Positions 41,405-54,795 of a DNA stretch of 64,000 bases are shown here, piece after piece; the first letter of the stretch is position 1, and every line of letters begins with the position of its first letter. This DNA comes from Eledone cirrhosa. Its lineage: Eukaryota. The notes under the pieces are model-generated. The model did not search any database. It was not told the origin of the DNA and saw only the letters and a list, made by a program, of their open reading frames with translations. The DNA lies in the NCBI GenBank assembly GCA_964016885.1, contig OZ024743.1, forward strand, positions 334,552,001 to 334,616,000, written 5' to 3'. The position numbers and the translations under genes were made by a program.

Positions 41405-41799
41405 TATGTTTTGGCTTCAACATGAAAATGCAGCTGTTCCAGAAGATTATTAGCTGCACAGATATAATCGCTCTGTCAGTGATTGTGTCGGTTATGGCTA
41501 TATTTACTTCTGTTAAAAACATTGCTCAATCTGCATATACTTCTTCGGTCAAATTAATCAATAGTTGTATAATTTTTATATGAAATCGAATGGGTTCTAA
41601 CAAATGTATTATCAAGAAACTTTAAACTCATCAAAGTCAACAATCCTTAGCTATACAAGGTAACAGAAGAGCCTCTATATCATCGCTTGTCTTGCTAGAA
41701 ATATCATCCAAATCTGTCTGATATATGACAAAACATACTAGATTATGTACTCACACAGATATGCCGGCTGTTTACAACTGGAATGCTTTTGATATGAAT

Positions 41800-42720
41800 T
41801 CTACCCTATCAGGTTTGTTTAGGAGAGATACGACATGATAGATGATACATATGGTGGCATCTAATACAGATGTCATTTGTTCTATTATACAATGATACAT
41901 TATAGACAAAGCAGAATCTCTTTCTCGAATTAACCCTAAAAGGCACAAAACTATTTATAATGACTAGCTCTTCGTCTACAGAAATGTATTTATATGTAAT
42001 AGTATTTCCTGTGATTACTGCCATTCAACAACCTCCATTAAATGAACACTAATCAGCGTTTACCTTAGCTGGTTATTTGTACACTAATTCTAAGATTATC
42101 TGAACTTATTCACAAACTAGCGAAACGATCCAATAATAGAGTCGTTGTGTGGATCGCTTCATCTGTTAGAAATTGTAGTCTACCTACCATTTTGAGAAAG
42201 GAGATAATCATTATATAACGGGGCTCTTGATATATTAAGTTTAACGTTAAGCCAAAATCGTTATGGTTAGAACATCTGTCATCGTATGTCTTCTCAATCA
42301 AGGCCGGCTTAAACCAAACAAAAAGAAAACTTAACAAATGTAGATACTATTATATAATGAAGTGATAGTCAAGTTAGTCGAAAAAAGGGAGAGGAAACGG
42401 TGACAGATTGCTGTAGTAGCTCGATAATATGTTAGTGTATTGGATTAAATTATCAATATCCTATTTTGTAGGACAATCGATCACTCAATCACAGGAATAG
42501 ATATTATTAATGAATGGCAGATATTAACAATATTATACTTGAGAAAGATCAATAAGAGTAGAAAATTCAGGCTCGGTATTATCTTAGATTTTCTGACGAC
42601 TATATTATCCAATTCTTCATTTTTGAAGACCATATGGCGTAATCTGAAAAAATATTTCTTGTTATTCACAGAAATCCCAGAACCACTACATATTTTTGAC
42701 ATTGATTCGATTCTAATATA
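41800..42720 (-). mobile_element. Possible degenerate DNA-transposon coding relic (piggyBac-like hints)
   Basis: Interrupted peptides FFRL...EELDNIV, LDRFA and YISVDEELV...PFRV occur in the same order as piggyBac motifs (TIDEQL...PFR). Confidence 0.3.
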
Positions 42721-43004
42721 TTTTTCTATTCTATATCAAAACAAGACATGGAATTCTATGAGTTATGTCCCAGGTTATCTCAGAAATAGGCACTAAATTG
42801 TCAATAACGCAAAAAATACTGGTGTTAATTCCAAGCATTTTTTATAATACAAGAAAGGTATAAATGATCAAGAGACTTTTGGATATAAAAAAGTAATCAA
42901 CTTGAGGTTAGGAGAGTTTAACTGAGGACAATCAATTAGAAGACAATTCTTTATTTTGACGCGGTGTTTGGCATTTTAAGTGTAGTTTTAAATAAAGCAT
43001 TTAA

Positions 43005-43480
43005 TCCTCCTCCTCCTCCTCCTCCTCCTCCTCCTCCTCCTTCTTCTTCTTCTTCTTCTTCCTGAGAAGTTCGTGGGAGTAGAGTCCTCAAACAACCCCT
43101 GCAGCGTCTCCTGCTAGAAGCAACCGTCTCCAACTGATCCAGCTGGATCTACAAGCGAGACCAGCCGAGCTCATGGATGTCATCCAACCACCTTCTCGGA
43201 GCGAGGGTCTCCTGTCGGTTGGTTTTGCCCGTAAAATCTGTTCAGCAAATTTTTTTCCAGACACATTCTAACCACATGCCCATAGTATTGGAGCTGTGAT
43301 ATCTTAATTCGGAGAAGTAGCAGCTCCACTTGGAGTGACTCCGATCTCCGAGCTATGCACACTATTGAGTAACGTTACCTCAAAGAACCTTCGAAGGAAC
43401 CCCATTCCGGAAGCTCGTATTTGTGATCGTATTCCTTCGGTCATTACCCAAGATTCATGACAATAGGTAAGGGTTGGGGG
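43005..43480 (-). mobile_element. RTE-clade LINE 3' fragment with a (GAA)n/(GGA)n tail
   Basis: PTLTYCHESWVMTEGIRSQIRASGMGFLRR and LLLRIKISQLQYYGHVVRM are typical of the RTE ORF C-terminus; a trinucleotide tail follows. Confidence 0.8.
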
Positions 43481-44689
43481 TTTTAATACTACAATGAAAA
43501 ATTTGTTTGTCATCATTAAAGACAAATTGAATGTTCTACAGCTTTTACTGTCGTTGTCAAATCCCAAATACGACAAAAACCTTACAACCGTAACATTTCT
43601 GTCTTCTCTCTTTTCAGATACAAACAGCAATATTAGCAAATGAGCAGCCAGCCTCCCATTTTGTTTTCATAGAGATATTAACTGTTAAGTCAATAAGATC
43701 GTGAGACCACGGTTCGTGAATATAAAATGGTATAGGAAAACTAAGCTTTAATCTGTTTAATAATCCGAGGTTAGAGAAATGCTGGACAATATTTGGCACA
43801 GATGAAATATGGAAATACTCAAATAGGATCTAATATTCTTAAAATGGTTAAGGAATTAGTTTAGACAAATATTTGATAACGCCGAAATCCTTTATGATTT
43901 GAAATATATCATAATGATACGATGCATAAAGTTGACCGTTTATTTCTTTGAATATTTTAGCTAACATTTTAATTGTTATTTGGATGCCGAATTGGCAGAG
44001 TCGTTAACACGCTAGATGATATTTGTTTCGGCTTTCTACTCTCTAAGTTCAAACCTCGCCGAGGCCAATTGTGCCTTTCATCCATTCGAGATGGATATAA
44101 AAATGTCCCGTCTAGTAGTGAAGTCGATTCTTCCTATATATCTCTTTCTCACTTCCTTTCCTCACAGTCTATCCTTCTCTGGAAGAATTCTGCTGTATTC
44201 AGATGTGGAAATGAGATGAGCTTCACCAAGTTTTAAAATGCCCTAGAAACGCCATATGTCAATACGGCACCCCAAAACTCCATCCATGCGTTAATTGTTA
44301 TTTGTAGTAATTAGTTATCTGATGACATAAGTGATAAAGTATGATAGATTAGATTACTGAGTTGATAGATTACTGGAGTGGAATCTCAGACACTGAATGA
44401 CAAGATTAATGGGGTTACTGGATAGAAAACTGAAATATTAAATGTCTTATAAATAGGGCTAAAGAATAAGAGTATCCAGTTACCAACAGTGCATTGTAAT
44501 CATTGCTAAATCAATCATTGTTCACATATCCTAAGAATTTACCTGTAAATAATTCTTAAATTGTCAACCTACTACAAACTAGGCATGAATTTACTTTAAT
44601 TGATATAATCTTGGTATCCTTGGTGAAAAGACAGCTTATTCTACTAGCTAACTTTTGCTTGGAAAGAAAAAAATGGAGGACAGCACAGG

Positions 44690-44935
44690 TAAGAGAGAGA
44701 GAGGGAGAGGGGTGCGTATTAGAAGTTTGGGGAGGACTGCCACAGGGATGGATGGATGGCCAGGTACATACCATTAGAGATTTGCAGCCGAGGGTTTGCA
44801 GTCCGTTCTCTTAGCAAAGCTTGCGGAGGGCTTGGCAATACGGGAGCAAGCAGGAGGAGAGACATGCAAAACAACGCGGACGCAGCAGAGAGGGCTTCAT
44901 GATAGCTACGGATAAAGTCACAGACAGCGGCTTGA
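44690..44935 (+). mobile_element. HERO-like (RLE) non-LTR retrotransposon C-terminal fragment
   Basis: WMARYIPLEICSRGFAVRSLSKACGGLGNTGASRRRDMQNNADAAERAS**LRIK resembles the W.AR..PVEVGCRGF..QSL...AAE.ASRWLW end of HERO-type ORFs. Confidence 0.65.
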
Positions 44936-45697
44936 TCAATATTGCTTGGGTTACTTAGATGAAGTTTTATGTTGTAAAGCCCTAAACACACAGTGATTCA
45001 AGAATATATCACTGAGATGTGTCCAATGGTTTGCATTCGCGGATGTGTGGAAAACTTGGAGGGATTCAGAAATGTGCTTAAGTTTACATAATATGGCTAA
45101 CAAAACACAGAATATACGGCTGACCTTTTCTTACCAAACCTAAATAAAACTTGGAATTATAATCAAGGAAGGAATACTAAAAGATCGATGTTATGATTAA
45201 GAAATTATGACTCGATAATACTTTTAAGAATTCGAAACAAAAAAACAAGCACGACGGGAAATTCTAGAAATTGACTGTAGAACATCTATTTAAAATTACG
45301 TGCCGTATTTTGTTTCCAAGAGATACGATTGAACGTGAGAAATGTATGGAGATAGTAAGAAGAACTATAAGTTTAAAAGCACAAAAATAAATCGGACAAC
45401 TCACTATTTTTTCAATCTATAACTAAGCGAATTGTATATTTTGGTACAGTCATTGTAACGCCAGGAAGACGAACAGACAACGTTTGCGAGTAGTTTCATT
45501 GTTTGAATATTTGTTTATCAGCTTCAATTTCCCTGTAATATATATGTTTGCATACACATATAGATAGACAGAAAGACAAACGGGTAGACATATACACACA
45601 TATGTATATTACTCTATGCATATTGTTTCCATGTATAAATAAATATATACACTCACACACCACACAATATATATATATACATACAATATATATACAT

Positions 45698-45782
<85 letters not shown>

Positions 45783-45843
45783 AATACATACATATACATA
45801 TATATATATATATATACATACATATATCTATATATATATTCAT

Positions 45844-45924
<81 letters not shown>

Positions 45925-45925
45925 C

Positions 45926-45956
<31 letters not shown>

Positions 45957-46013
45957 TATTATATATTTATATATATATATGTATATACATATATTGTACA
46001 TATATATATATAA

Positions 46014-46115
<102 letters not shown>

Positions 46116-46746
46116 ATGTAAGTAGTATATATATATGTATGTAAGTATACTGTTAAGTGGTGGTAGTGTATAAACGGTGAAACATGGGCATGATTTGTCT
46201 GACGTATTTCCAAATACGAACGTGTGGTGATGAAAACTCTTGTCGTCTGCTTATATAGAACAATTATACTGAATGTGAGTCAATACAATAATCGCAATCG
46301 AGGCTTTTATCAAAATGGCGATACGAAAACCAGTTGAAAGCAGATACAAAAGAAAAGGAATAGGTTTAGATTTACTTACTTTATTTTATTTTATTTCATT
46401 GTATTTTTATATATTCTATTTTATTTTACGAAACCCTCATTCAGAAAATACAACACAATGTCATCATTACATGTTGACTTCATAGTGTGTTTATTAAGAC
46501 ATGTTTTAACTCGCAATAAGGTTAATGTGAAGGTATTTATTGATGTGGGGAGAGGCATGCTGAATAACACACATTCAACAATTCAAAATGTACACACATA
46601 CACACATACACACAAACACACTCACAAACACGCGCGTATGCATACAGACACACACACACGCGCTTACAAACACACACGCGTGCGCATACACACACGCTTA
46701 CAAACACACACACGTGTGAATACACACACGTCTGCATACACACACG

Positions 46747-46778
<32 letters not shown>

Positions 46779-46815
46779 CACATATATCTGTGGGTGTGTG
46801 AGTACATATATATAT

Positions 46816-46902
<87 letters not shown>

Positions 46903-46904
46903 AG

Positions 46905-47250
46905 AGGTTATATTTAATTTGTTGGGATACAACAAGCTAAAATATTTTTATAACTGATATAAAGCACTCAACAAATTATTGGAGTAAATATACAATATAT
47001 TAACAAATGGAAACTATATTTATAAACCATATTTATTTCATTATACATATTTCAAGGGCCACCAGGAAGCTCCAACCGGTAAGGTTGTATTTTTTCAGGC
47101 TATGTGAATATTTATTTTTAAAACTAATTTGTATTATATTTTATCTGATGAAAGCGCACCATAATCTACCTTGGTGGCCCTTGAAATATGTAAAATGAAA
47201 TAAATATGGTTTTATAAATATAGTTTCCATTTGTTAATATATTGTATACA
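46905..47250. mobile_element. TA-flanked fold-back element with a degenerate hammerhead core (47145-47192); relatives at 50690-50885 and 51296-51415
   Basis: 46990-47075 mirrors 47170-47247; CTGATGA-aagcgcacca...tggtggccctt-GAAA-tatg-TA. Confidence 0.65.
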
Positions 47251-47262
47251 TATATATATATT

Positions 47263-49337
47263 TCAGTAATTAGGAATATTCCAAAGCTTGGTAGAACAAG
47301 TTGTGAGGAAAGTTATCAACATACGTTAAGGTGCCTCAACAGGTTGGTAGGGATTCTGTGGTGGAAACACGAACAAACGAGGAGTGTAATCAAAAAAGAG
47401 AAATAGGACGAAGGTAAACAGTTACAAAAGGATTTAATCCACGTATTAACAATTGTTTCATCAGAATTTCAGTCCATTATTGCTACACTATGTCATAATA
47501 GGCAATCAAGAAAGATACTGTGACATCCGAATTTTCAAAATACAAAGTTGAAATGACCTTAGGAAATGAAATAAGGGGTAGTGGTGTAAAATAGAGGAAC
47601 AGAGAGAGAGAGAGAGAGGGGCAACAGAGAGGGAGAGAGAGAGAGAAAAGGGACGGGGTTAGGGAGAGAAAAAGAAAGAGATAGGGTGGTGTGAGAGGAT
47701 TTGTATAGAATATAGTTAAGTTACAAGAAGGGAGGGGGAGGAGGATTGTGTGCTAAAAGTTGTGATGAGTAGAGTGAGAGATAAGGAAGATAGAATTTTA
47801 AGTGGCATTTGGTAGTGGACAGGCAAAAGTTTTACCAGAGAATAGGTGAAGGAAGAAAGTATTAAATTTCATATATGTCTATTTTTAGGAGTGTAGAATT
47901 GTTATTTAGGGTAGAAAAGTAGTGATAAGATTTAGTTGAAGGTTTGAAGTGTGAGAATTTCGCTTTCAGAATATGCTGGCAAAAGATTGACCTTTCAATT
48001 TTGTTGTTGAGTAGTTGGTGGCCTGAGCTTAGGATATGGAAGAGCTCATTATTACACAACGGGCACGTTTTCATCCCACTCCGGTATGGAGGAGCATGTG
48101 AGAGTTTGGTCCATTTAAGGGTGTATTGTCGGTTACTCCCTTTTAAGTGCCAAATTTTGTCGGCGAGGGTCGTTACGTAACGGTGTTGAGGGTGCTTTAT
48201 TGCGTAACGATGCGTGTACCAACGAGTTTTGAAGGTGTTTGCAGTGCTGCCTATGTAGTGCCAGGTTTGGTTGTCCGACTCAACCGAGCACCTGTACACT
48301 AGGTTTGAATGCAAACATTCGTTATTCAATAGACAAGTCTCTGGGCGGTGGCAATTACAATTTCTGTTATGGGCAGTGGTGGAGTTATAGGTGGGCTGGG
48401 ATGTGTGTGTGAGTGTGTTTTGTGCATACTGTTTGTTAGTGGGTGGTTGTGTATTAGGTTGAGTCGGACAACCAAACCTGGCACTCCATAGGCAGCACTG
48501 CAAACATCTTCAAAACTCGTTGGTACACGCATCGTTACGCAATAAAGCATCCCCAACACCGTTAGGTAACGACCCTCACCGACATAAATTGGGCACTTAA
48601 AAGGGAGTAACCGACAATACACCCTTAAATGGACCAAACTCTCACATGCTCCTCCATACAGGAGTGGGATGAAAACGTGCCCGTTGTGTAATAATGAGCT
48701 CTTCCATATCCTAAGCTCAGGCCACCAACTACTCAATAACAAAATTGAAAGGTTAATCTTTTGCCAGCATAAACTGAAAGCGAAATTCTCACACTTCAAA
48801 CCTTCAACTAAATCTTATCACTACTTTTCTACCCTAAATAACAATTCTACACTCCTAAAAATAGACATATATGAAATTTAATACTTTCTTCCTTCACCTA
48901 TTCTCTGGTAAAACTTTTGCCTGTCCACTACCAAATGCCACTTAAAATTCTATCTTCCTTATCTCTCCCTCTACTCATCACAACTTTTAGCACACAATCC
49001 TCCTCCCCCTCCCTTCTTGTAACTTAACTATATTCTATACAAATCCTGTCACACCACTCTATCTCTTTCTCTTTCTCTCCCTACCACCGTCCCTTTCTCT
49101 CTCTCTCTCCCTCCCCCCCCTCTCTCTCTGTTCCTCTATTTTACACTACTACCCCTTATTTCATTTCCTAAGGTCATTTCAACTTTGTATTTTGAAAATT
49201 CGGATGTCACAGTATGTTTCTTGATTGCCTATTATGACATAGTGTTGCAATAATGGACTGAAATTCTGATGAAACAATTGTTAATACGTGGATTAAATCC
49301 TTTTGTAACTGTTTACCTTCGTCCTATTTCTCTTTTT

Positions 49338-49340
<3 letters not shown>
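47263..49340. mobile_element. Penelope-like element 3' portion as a ~0.9-kb-arm inverted duplication, encoding a GIY-YIG endonuclease
   Basis: 47390-48285 mirrors 48457-49340; the minus-strand ORF has CNCHRPETC...LVYRCSV...YIGST..FKTRWYTH...CPLC..E...LLN..E...CQH; (TA)n on both sides. Confidence 0.9.
47862..48456 (-). CDS. GIY-YIG endonuclease domain of a Penelope-like element (5'-truncated, open frame)
   Basis: LVY-x(12)-YIG motif, conserved R and E, Cys/His zinc ligands; the first residues of the listed ORF come from the inverted arm. Confidence 0.8.
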
Positions 49341-49423
<83 letters not shown>

Positions 49424-49424
49424 T

Positions 49425-50025
49425 TATTTATTAAAATAACAGATTAAAGTTAAAGTTTAAGCAAAGAATCACTTCTTTCACCCTTAACGGGATCTTCTGA
49501 AACTAACAAAGTCAATCTGTGAACGCAGAAGTAAATATTAAAAAAACGTTGCAACCGGAGGAAGACAGGAAGACAATACTTTGGTTTGTGGAAACGTTCC
49601 CTGGCAAAGAACGGGAAAAAACGAATATAATACGTCATTATTTGGAGCGGTGAAAAACAATTACACGCAAAGACAAAACCACGTCTACGGTATAAAAGAA
49701 GTCGTAGACTAATGTTCTCTTAGGTGGTTCATAGAGACGTTCTCTGGCAATACACGGAAAAAACGAAGATAATACGTCGTATGTGGGCGTGGAGAACAAT
49801 TGCACGCAAAGACAAAACCACGTAAATGGTATAACTGAGGTCGTAGACTAAAATTCTAACTAGGAAACCGAATGATTCTCGGCTTCAGAGTTAAGAATAA
49901 AGTAAATAAAATACAGTGGTAATTGAAATTAAATAAATACATACACGCATCCATATACGTAGATACACAAGCATACGCGAAAACGTTCGCCATAGGTATA
50001 CACATACACGCACGTACACAACCAG

Positions 50026-50030
<5 letters not shown>
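49425..50030 (+). mobile_element. TA-flanked non-autonomous element; head shared with 2559 and 60028, tail inverted at 51134-51292
   Basis: tttattaaaataacagattaaag...aagcaaagaatc...ttcacccttaacgggatcttc; 49860-50020 is the reverse complement of 51134-51292. Confidence 0.7.
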
Positions 50031-50077
<47 letters not shown>

Positions 50078-50180
50078 ATAAGATAGTGAACAACACAAAA
50101 TGTAACTACTGTTATAACAACTCTGTCTGACGAACGATCCAGACGTATATTATTATTGACTGTGATCCAGAAACCTTTGG

Positions 50181-50234
<54 letters not shown>

Positions 50235-50279
50235 CTGTGTGTGCGTGTGTCAGTATATACATCTCTGTCTCTCTGTCTG

Positions 50280-50340
<61 letters not shown>

Positions 50341-50342
50341 TA

Positions 50343-50385
<43 letters not shown>

Positions 50386-50884
50386 CAATTCTAATTTTTA
50401 TGTATTCATTTCATCTCAATTGTTAAGTTAACTCAACAAGACATGACTGAGATTTTTTCGTTCTCTCTCATGTTTTCCGTCTCCTCTCTCTCTCTCCATG
50501 TTTCTCTCTCTGTTTATTCTGCTCTCTCTCTCTCTTTCCTTCTCTATCTTTCTATTTCTCCGTAACCCAACGGCTTATTTTAAACATATCCATTAACGCT
50601 ATAACTCCACTATCCGGGAGCTTCCAACAGCAATGGTTGCATTCTTTAAGGGTATGTCAATATTTATTTATAAAACTGATCTATATTATATTTTATCTGA
50701 TGAAAGCACACAATAATTTAACTTGGTGTCCTTGAAATATGTATAATGAAATAAATATGGTTTTATAAATATAGTTTCCATTTGTTAATAAATTGAATAT
50801 TTACTTCAGTAATCTGTTTGAGTGCTTATATCAGTTATAAAACTTTTAAGCTTGTTGAATCCCAACAAATTAAATATAACTTCT

Positions 50885-51008
<124 letters not shown>

Positions 51009-51491
51009 TGCAAGCACACACACACACATATATATATATATTTTGTGTATTTGATGTATACATTCGTATGCGTGCGGATACAAGCGTTGCGTGGGTTCTG
51101 TATAAGCGTGCGGGTTTTTTTTTCTTTTTTTTTGTGTACGTGCGTGTATGTGTATACCTATGGCGACCGTTTTCGCATATGCTTGTGTATCTACATATAT
51201 GGATGCGTGTATGTATTTATTTAATTTCAATTACCACTGTATTTTATTTACTTTATTCTTAACTCTGAAGCCAAGTATCATTCGGTTTCCTATGGTTATA
51301 TAAATATAGTTTCCATTTGTTTATCGTATTTTTACTCCAAATATTTGTTGAGTGCTTTATATCAGTTATAAAAATATTTGCTTGTTGTATCCCAACAATT
51401 TAAATAGAACTTTTACATATATATATATATACTCACATACACACAACTACATATAAGTACATATTCAACATTAGAAAGAAGTAACACTTAC

Positions 51492-51608
51492 CACAATTGT
51501 GTTCATCACTTTTATCATAACAGTGACCCTTTCCATCACAGCGGTATTTCTTATCAATGCATCGATTATCAGAGCAACGGAATTGGTCTTTCGTACATAA
51601 CGTCAAAG
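51492..51608 (-). CDS. Internal exon encoding an LDL-receptor class A repeat (third visible exon; absent from the ORF track)
   Basis: cattttatacag acceptor, 117 nt (S)[38 protein letters not shown], gtaagt donor; phase 1-1. Confidence 0.9.
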
Positions 51609-51635
51609 CTGTATAAAATGTGAGAATAAAGAATA

Positions 51636-51710
<75 letters not shown>

Positions 51711-51752
51711 CGAAACATAAGTCAATTGCATGAACTCATAATCCTTTATTTT

Positions 51753-51806
51753 CTGCTATATATATTTCGATGAGAGCCATTGAATGGCTATGACCTCATC
51801 AGGCAG
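51753..51806 (-). ncRNA. Type I hammerhead ribozyme motif in an intron, sense to the LDLa gene
   Basis: CTGC-CTGATGA-G...AGCCATTCAATGGCT...C-GAAA-TATATA-TA-GCAG: stem I CTGC/GCAG, palindromic stem III, AUA triplet. Confidence 0.7.
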
Positions 51807-51883
51807 TTAGTCAGTTCGTAGATATTCCAGCTGTGTGTTTATAGTCTTGATGGTATCAGAGCCTTGGGACATATATATATATA

Positions 51884-51942
<59 letters not shown>

Positions 51943-52028
51943 TATACATATATACTATATATATACACACATATAATATATACACACACACATATATATA
52001 TATACATACTATACATATATATATATAT

Positions 52029-52059
<31 letters not shown>

Positions 52060-52198
52060 ACGAAGGAATTGTGGTAAGGAACCAGATGGACCATAACGCA
52101 CCAGAGTACTCAATACGTAGGGTAGTAGAGTGGGAAATAGGAAAAAATATGACTCCGACGGAAGAGCTCAAGCCGTTTCGACGGCTATTTCTGTCCAG

Positions 52199-52245
<47 letters not shown>

Positions 52246-52282
52246 AAAGTTAAATTAAGGGTGTCATGTCCGAGACACATGC

Positions 52283-52389
<107 letters not shown>

Positions 52390-53439
52390 TATATATGTAT
52401 AAACTATATATATATATATGTATGTATATATGTATCATCATACTTACAGATATATAGATATGTAGATATACAGGCACGTAGGTTTATTAATTGGTTGATA
52501 GATTAATAAAGTAGAAATCAATATATATGTCCATAGTATTATAAAAGAAGAGAGCTGTACACAGATAGACTCAATTTTACACATATTCAACTCAGTCATG
52601 TTTTATGTCCGATAACCCTGAAGTATTAAAGGGTACCATGTTAATATGTACATAAGTAAATATTTACATACATATATATATATTCATAAGTACATACACA
52701 GGTACATACATGTATACAATCATACATATATACATACATGTAAAAACATTCTCCATCTAATAACTCTACATATATATATGGTGGCTGCCAGCTCGTTTTC
52801 GAGTACGGCCACTACTTTATATCCATGTAGGAGAACCCCTACCGATGCGCTGAACGAGTGTGACTTTTTAGTCCAGCCAGCGACTTGAAAACTCTGGTAC
52901 AAACACTACACTTATGACAATTATTGTCACATAGTGCTGGGCCCATGGTACCATGTGACGACAAGTGCAGCGAGATCTCCAGATATAAAGCAATGCCTGT
53001 GCCGTGAAGCTTTTATAGTGAGCAAAGGCACTGCACAAAGCCAGTCCCACTCTCTTAACCAAGATGACATTTACCAAAAAGAACAAGTCAACATCATTGG
53101 ATACCATCAGAGTTGCAGGTGTTATATCAGAGTTTTCCTTCTCCTAGAATTCTGCCTTGACAAAGGCTAATGGATCATCTCTCACGGTGATTTTGGATGG
53201 CCATTGATTTTTAAGAGCTCCTTTGCCCTTTGACAGGTTTTGTTTTTAGTCCCGAAGGATGTCCAAAGTCACCCTCCTCACCAAGAAAACTTGGTGGGGT
53301 TGCCAGTTTAGTCGCCAACGACCCGACCATAAGACAGGTTGTACTGGGATACATGTGTGTTGACAACACACACAAAAACAAGATGGCGTAGGACAGAACA
53401 AAGGAGAGGCACAAAAACAAAGAAAAGAATCCTCAGTTA

Positions 53440-53476
53440 CTGAAGAGGTCACAGAATGTGTGACGAAAGAACTTTG
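53440..53476 (+). ncRNA. Degenerate hammerhead core (inverted relative at 56284-56319)
   Basis: CTGAAGA-G-GTCACA-GAATG-TGTGAC-GAAA; the element 53430-53630 is an inverted homolog of 56120-56325. Confidence 0.5.
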
Positions 53477-53626
53477 ACACTATATGAACAATCATCTGGT
53501 TGTGGAACCAACCAACCAACCGGAAATTTATAAATTCCTAAATTTATAAATTTAATTTATAATAAATTGAAGTGAAAGCAACTGGTGCGTGTGTATCTTA
53601 TTGGCAACATGACCCTCCCAAAGTAT

Positions 53627-53706
<80 letters not shown>

Positions 53707-54064
53707 GTATATATATATATGTATATAACGAAGGAAGTGTGGTAAGGAACCAGGTGGCCCATAACGCCCCAGAATACTCGATACTTATGGTAGTAGAGTT
53801 GGTGATCGGAAAAGAATCAGGACCCCGACGGCTGAGCTCCGGCCGTTTCGACAGCCAAGATCTAGCTGATCACAGATATAGCCCCTCCAACTGGTTTTCC
53901 AAACAGTTCTCGTCTCCCCAATTACACTCAGAAGACATGGGTTGATCCGATGACATGTTAAGCGACACTTGGCCAAGATGCTACGCAGTGGGATTTAATG
54001 AAAGCGAAGCGAAATTCTTAAGCGAACGTCTTAGCTATTCGGCCAGGCTGCCTCTTTAGAAATG

Positions 54065-54245
54065 TGATTAGCAGTATCGGTAGAGCGTCGGATGCCATAT
54101 TTTGCAGCATGGAGTTACAGCCCTTTACGATCTGAGTTCAAATCCCGCCGAGATTAACTTTGCCTTTTATACTTACGGGGTCGATAAAATAAAGTACCAG
54201 TAATGCACTGGGATAATTGTTGGCCTTGTGCCAAAAGTAGAAACC
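54065..54245 (+). mobile_element. Major-family SINE
   Basis: gcagtatcggtagagcgtcgga...gagttcaaatcccgccgag...gtcgataaaataaagtaccag. Confidence 0.8.
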
Positions 54246-54666
54246 ATTATATTTAGCACTAAAGAATCCCAATTACAACTTTATAGAGAATGCTGAATTC
54301 AGCTCATTTAGGAAATATATACTGGATGCATAGATTTATAGCTTATACCAGCCACAAATCTTAGGCAATAGAGAGAAGGATTCAAATAGATTAGTATATG
54401 TATTTTCGTCCTGAATATTTTAAGTCTCAATAATTATGAATATATTGACATAACGAATGATGTTAACGTCACTCAAGACAATTCCTAGATTATATACGTA
54501 CATTCTAATACAAGTAAATACCAATTAACGCCAATTGTGTATTTTTCATATAAAAGAAATATTATGATAAAGTTTAGCAATATTGGAAATGACAAACATT
54601 ACCATAATTGTTATGACAATAACATTTCCATGTTATATAAGGCATAATATGTTAGGATTGACTTAC

Positions 54667-54795
54667 AGCAATTAGACTCGTCTTCGCCGTTTAGGCAGTC
54701 TATATATGTGTTACATTTGAGCAATGACGGCAAACATCGACCTTCTCGACACATGAAATTGGATTTGAAGATGTTACAGCTGTTACTAGAGTTTA
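54667..54795 (-). CDS. Internal exon encoding an LDL-receptor class A repeat (second visible exon)
   Basis: tttttccattgcag acceptor, 129 nt (V)NSSNSCNIFKSNFMCREGRCLPSLLKCNTYIDCLNGEDESNC, gtaagt donor; phase 1-1, in frame with the previous exon. Confidence 0.9.

Noticed and set aside
42539-42796. RhoGAP-like peptide LKKYFLLFTEIPEPL on the plus strand
   Set aside because: Short resemblance only, with no supporting exons or other domain motifs.
49225-49285. Hammerhead in the 3' region of the large PLE (GAAACAATTGTT)
   Set aside because: A palindromic stem III is present but the upstream CUGANGA box is not intact in the correct position.
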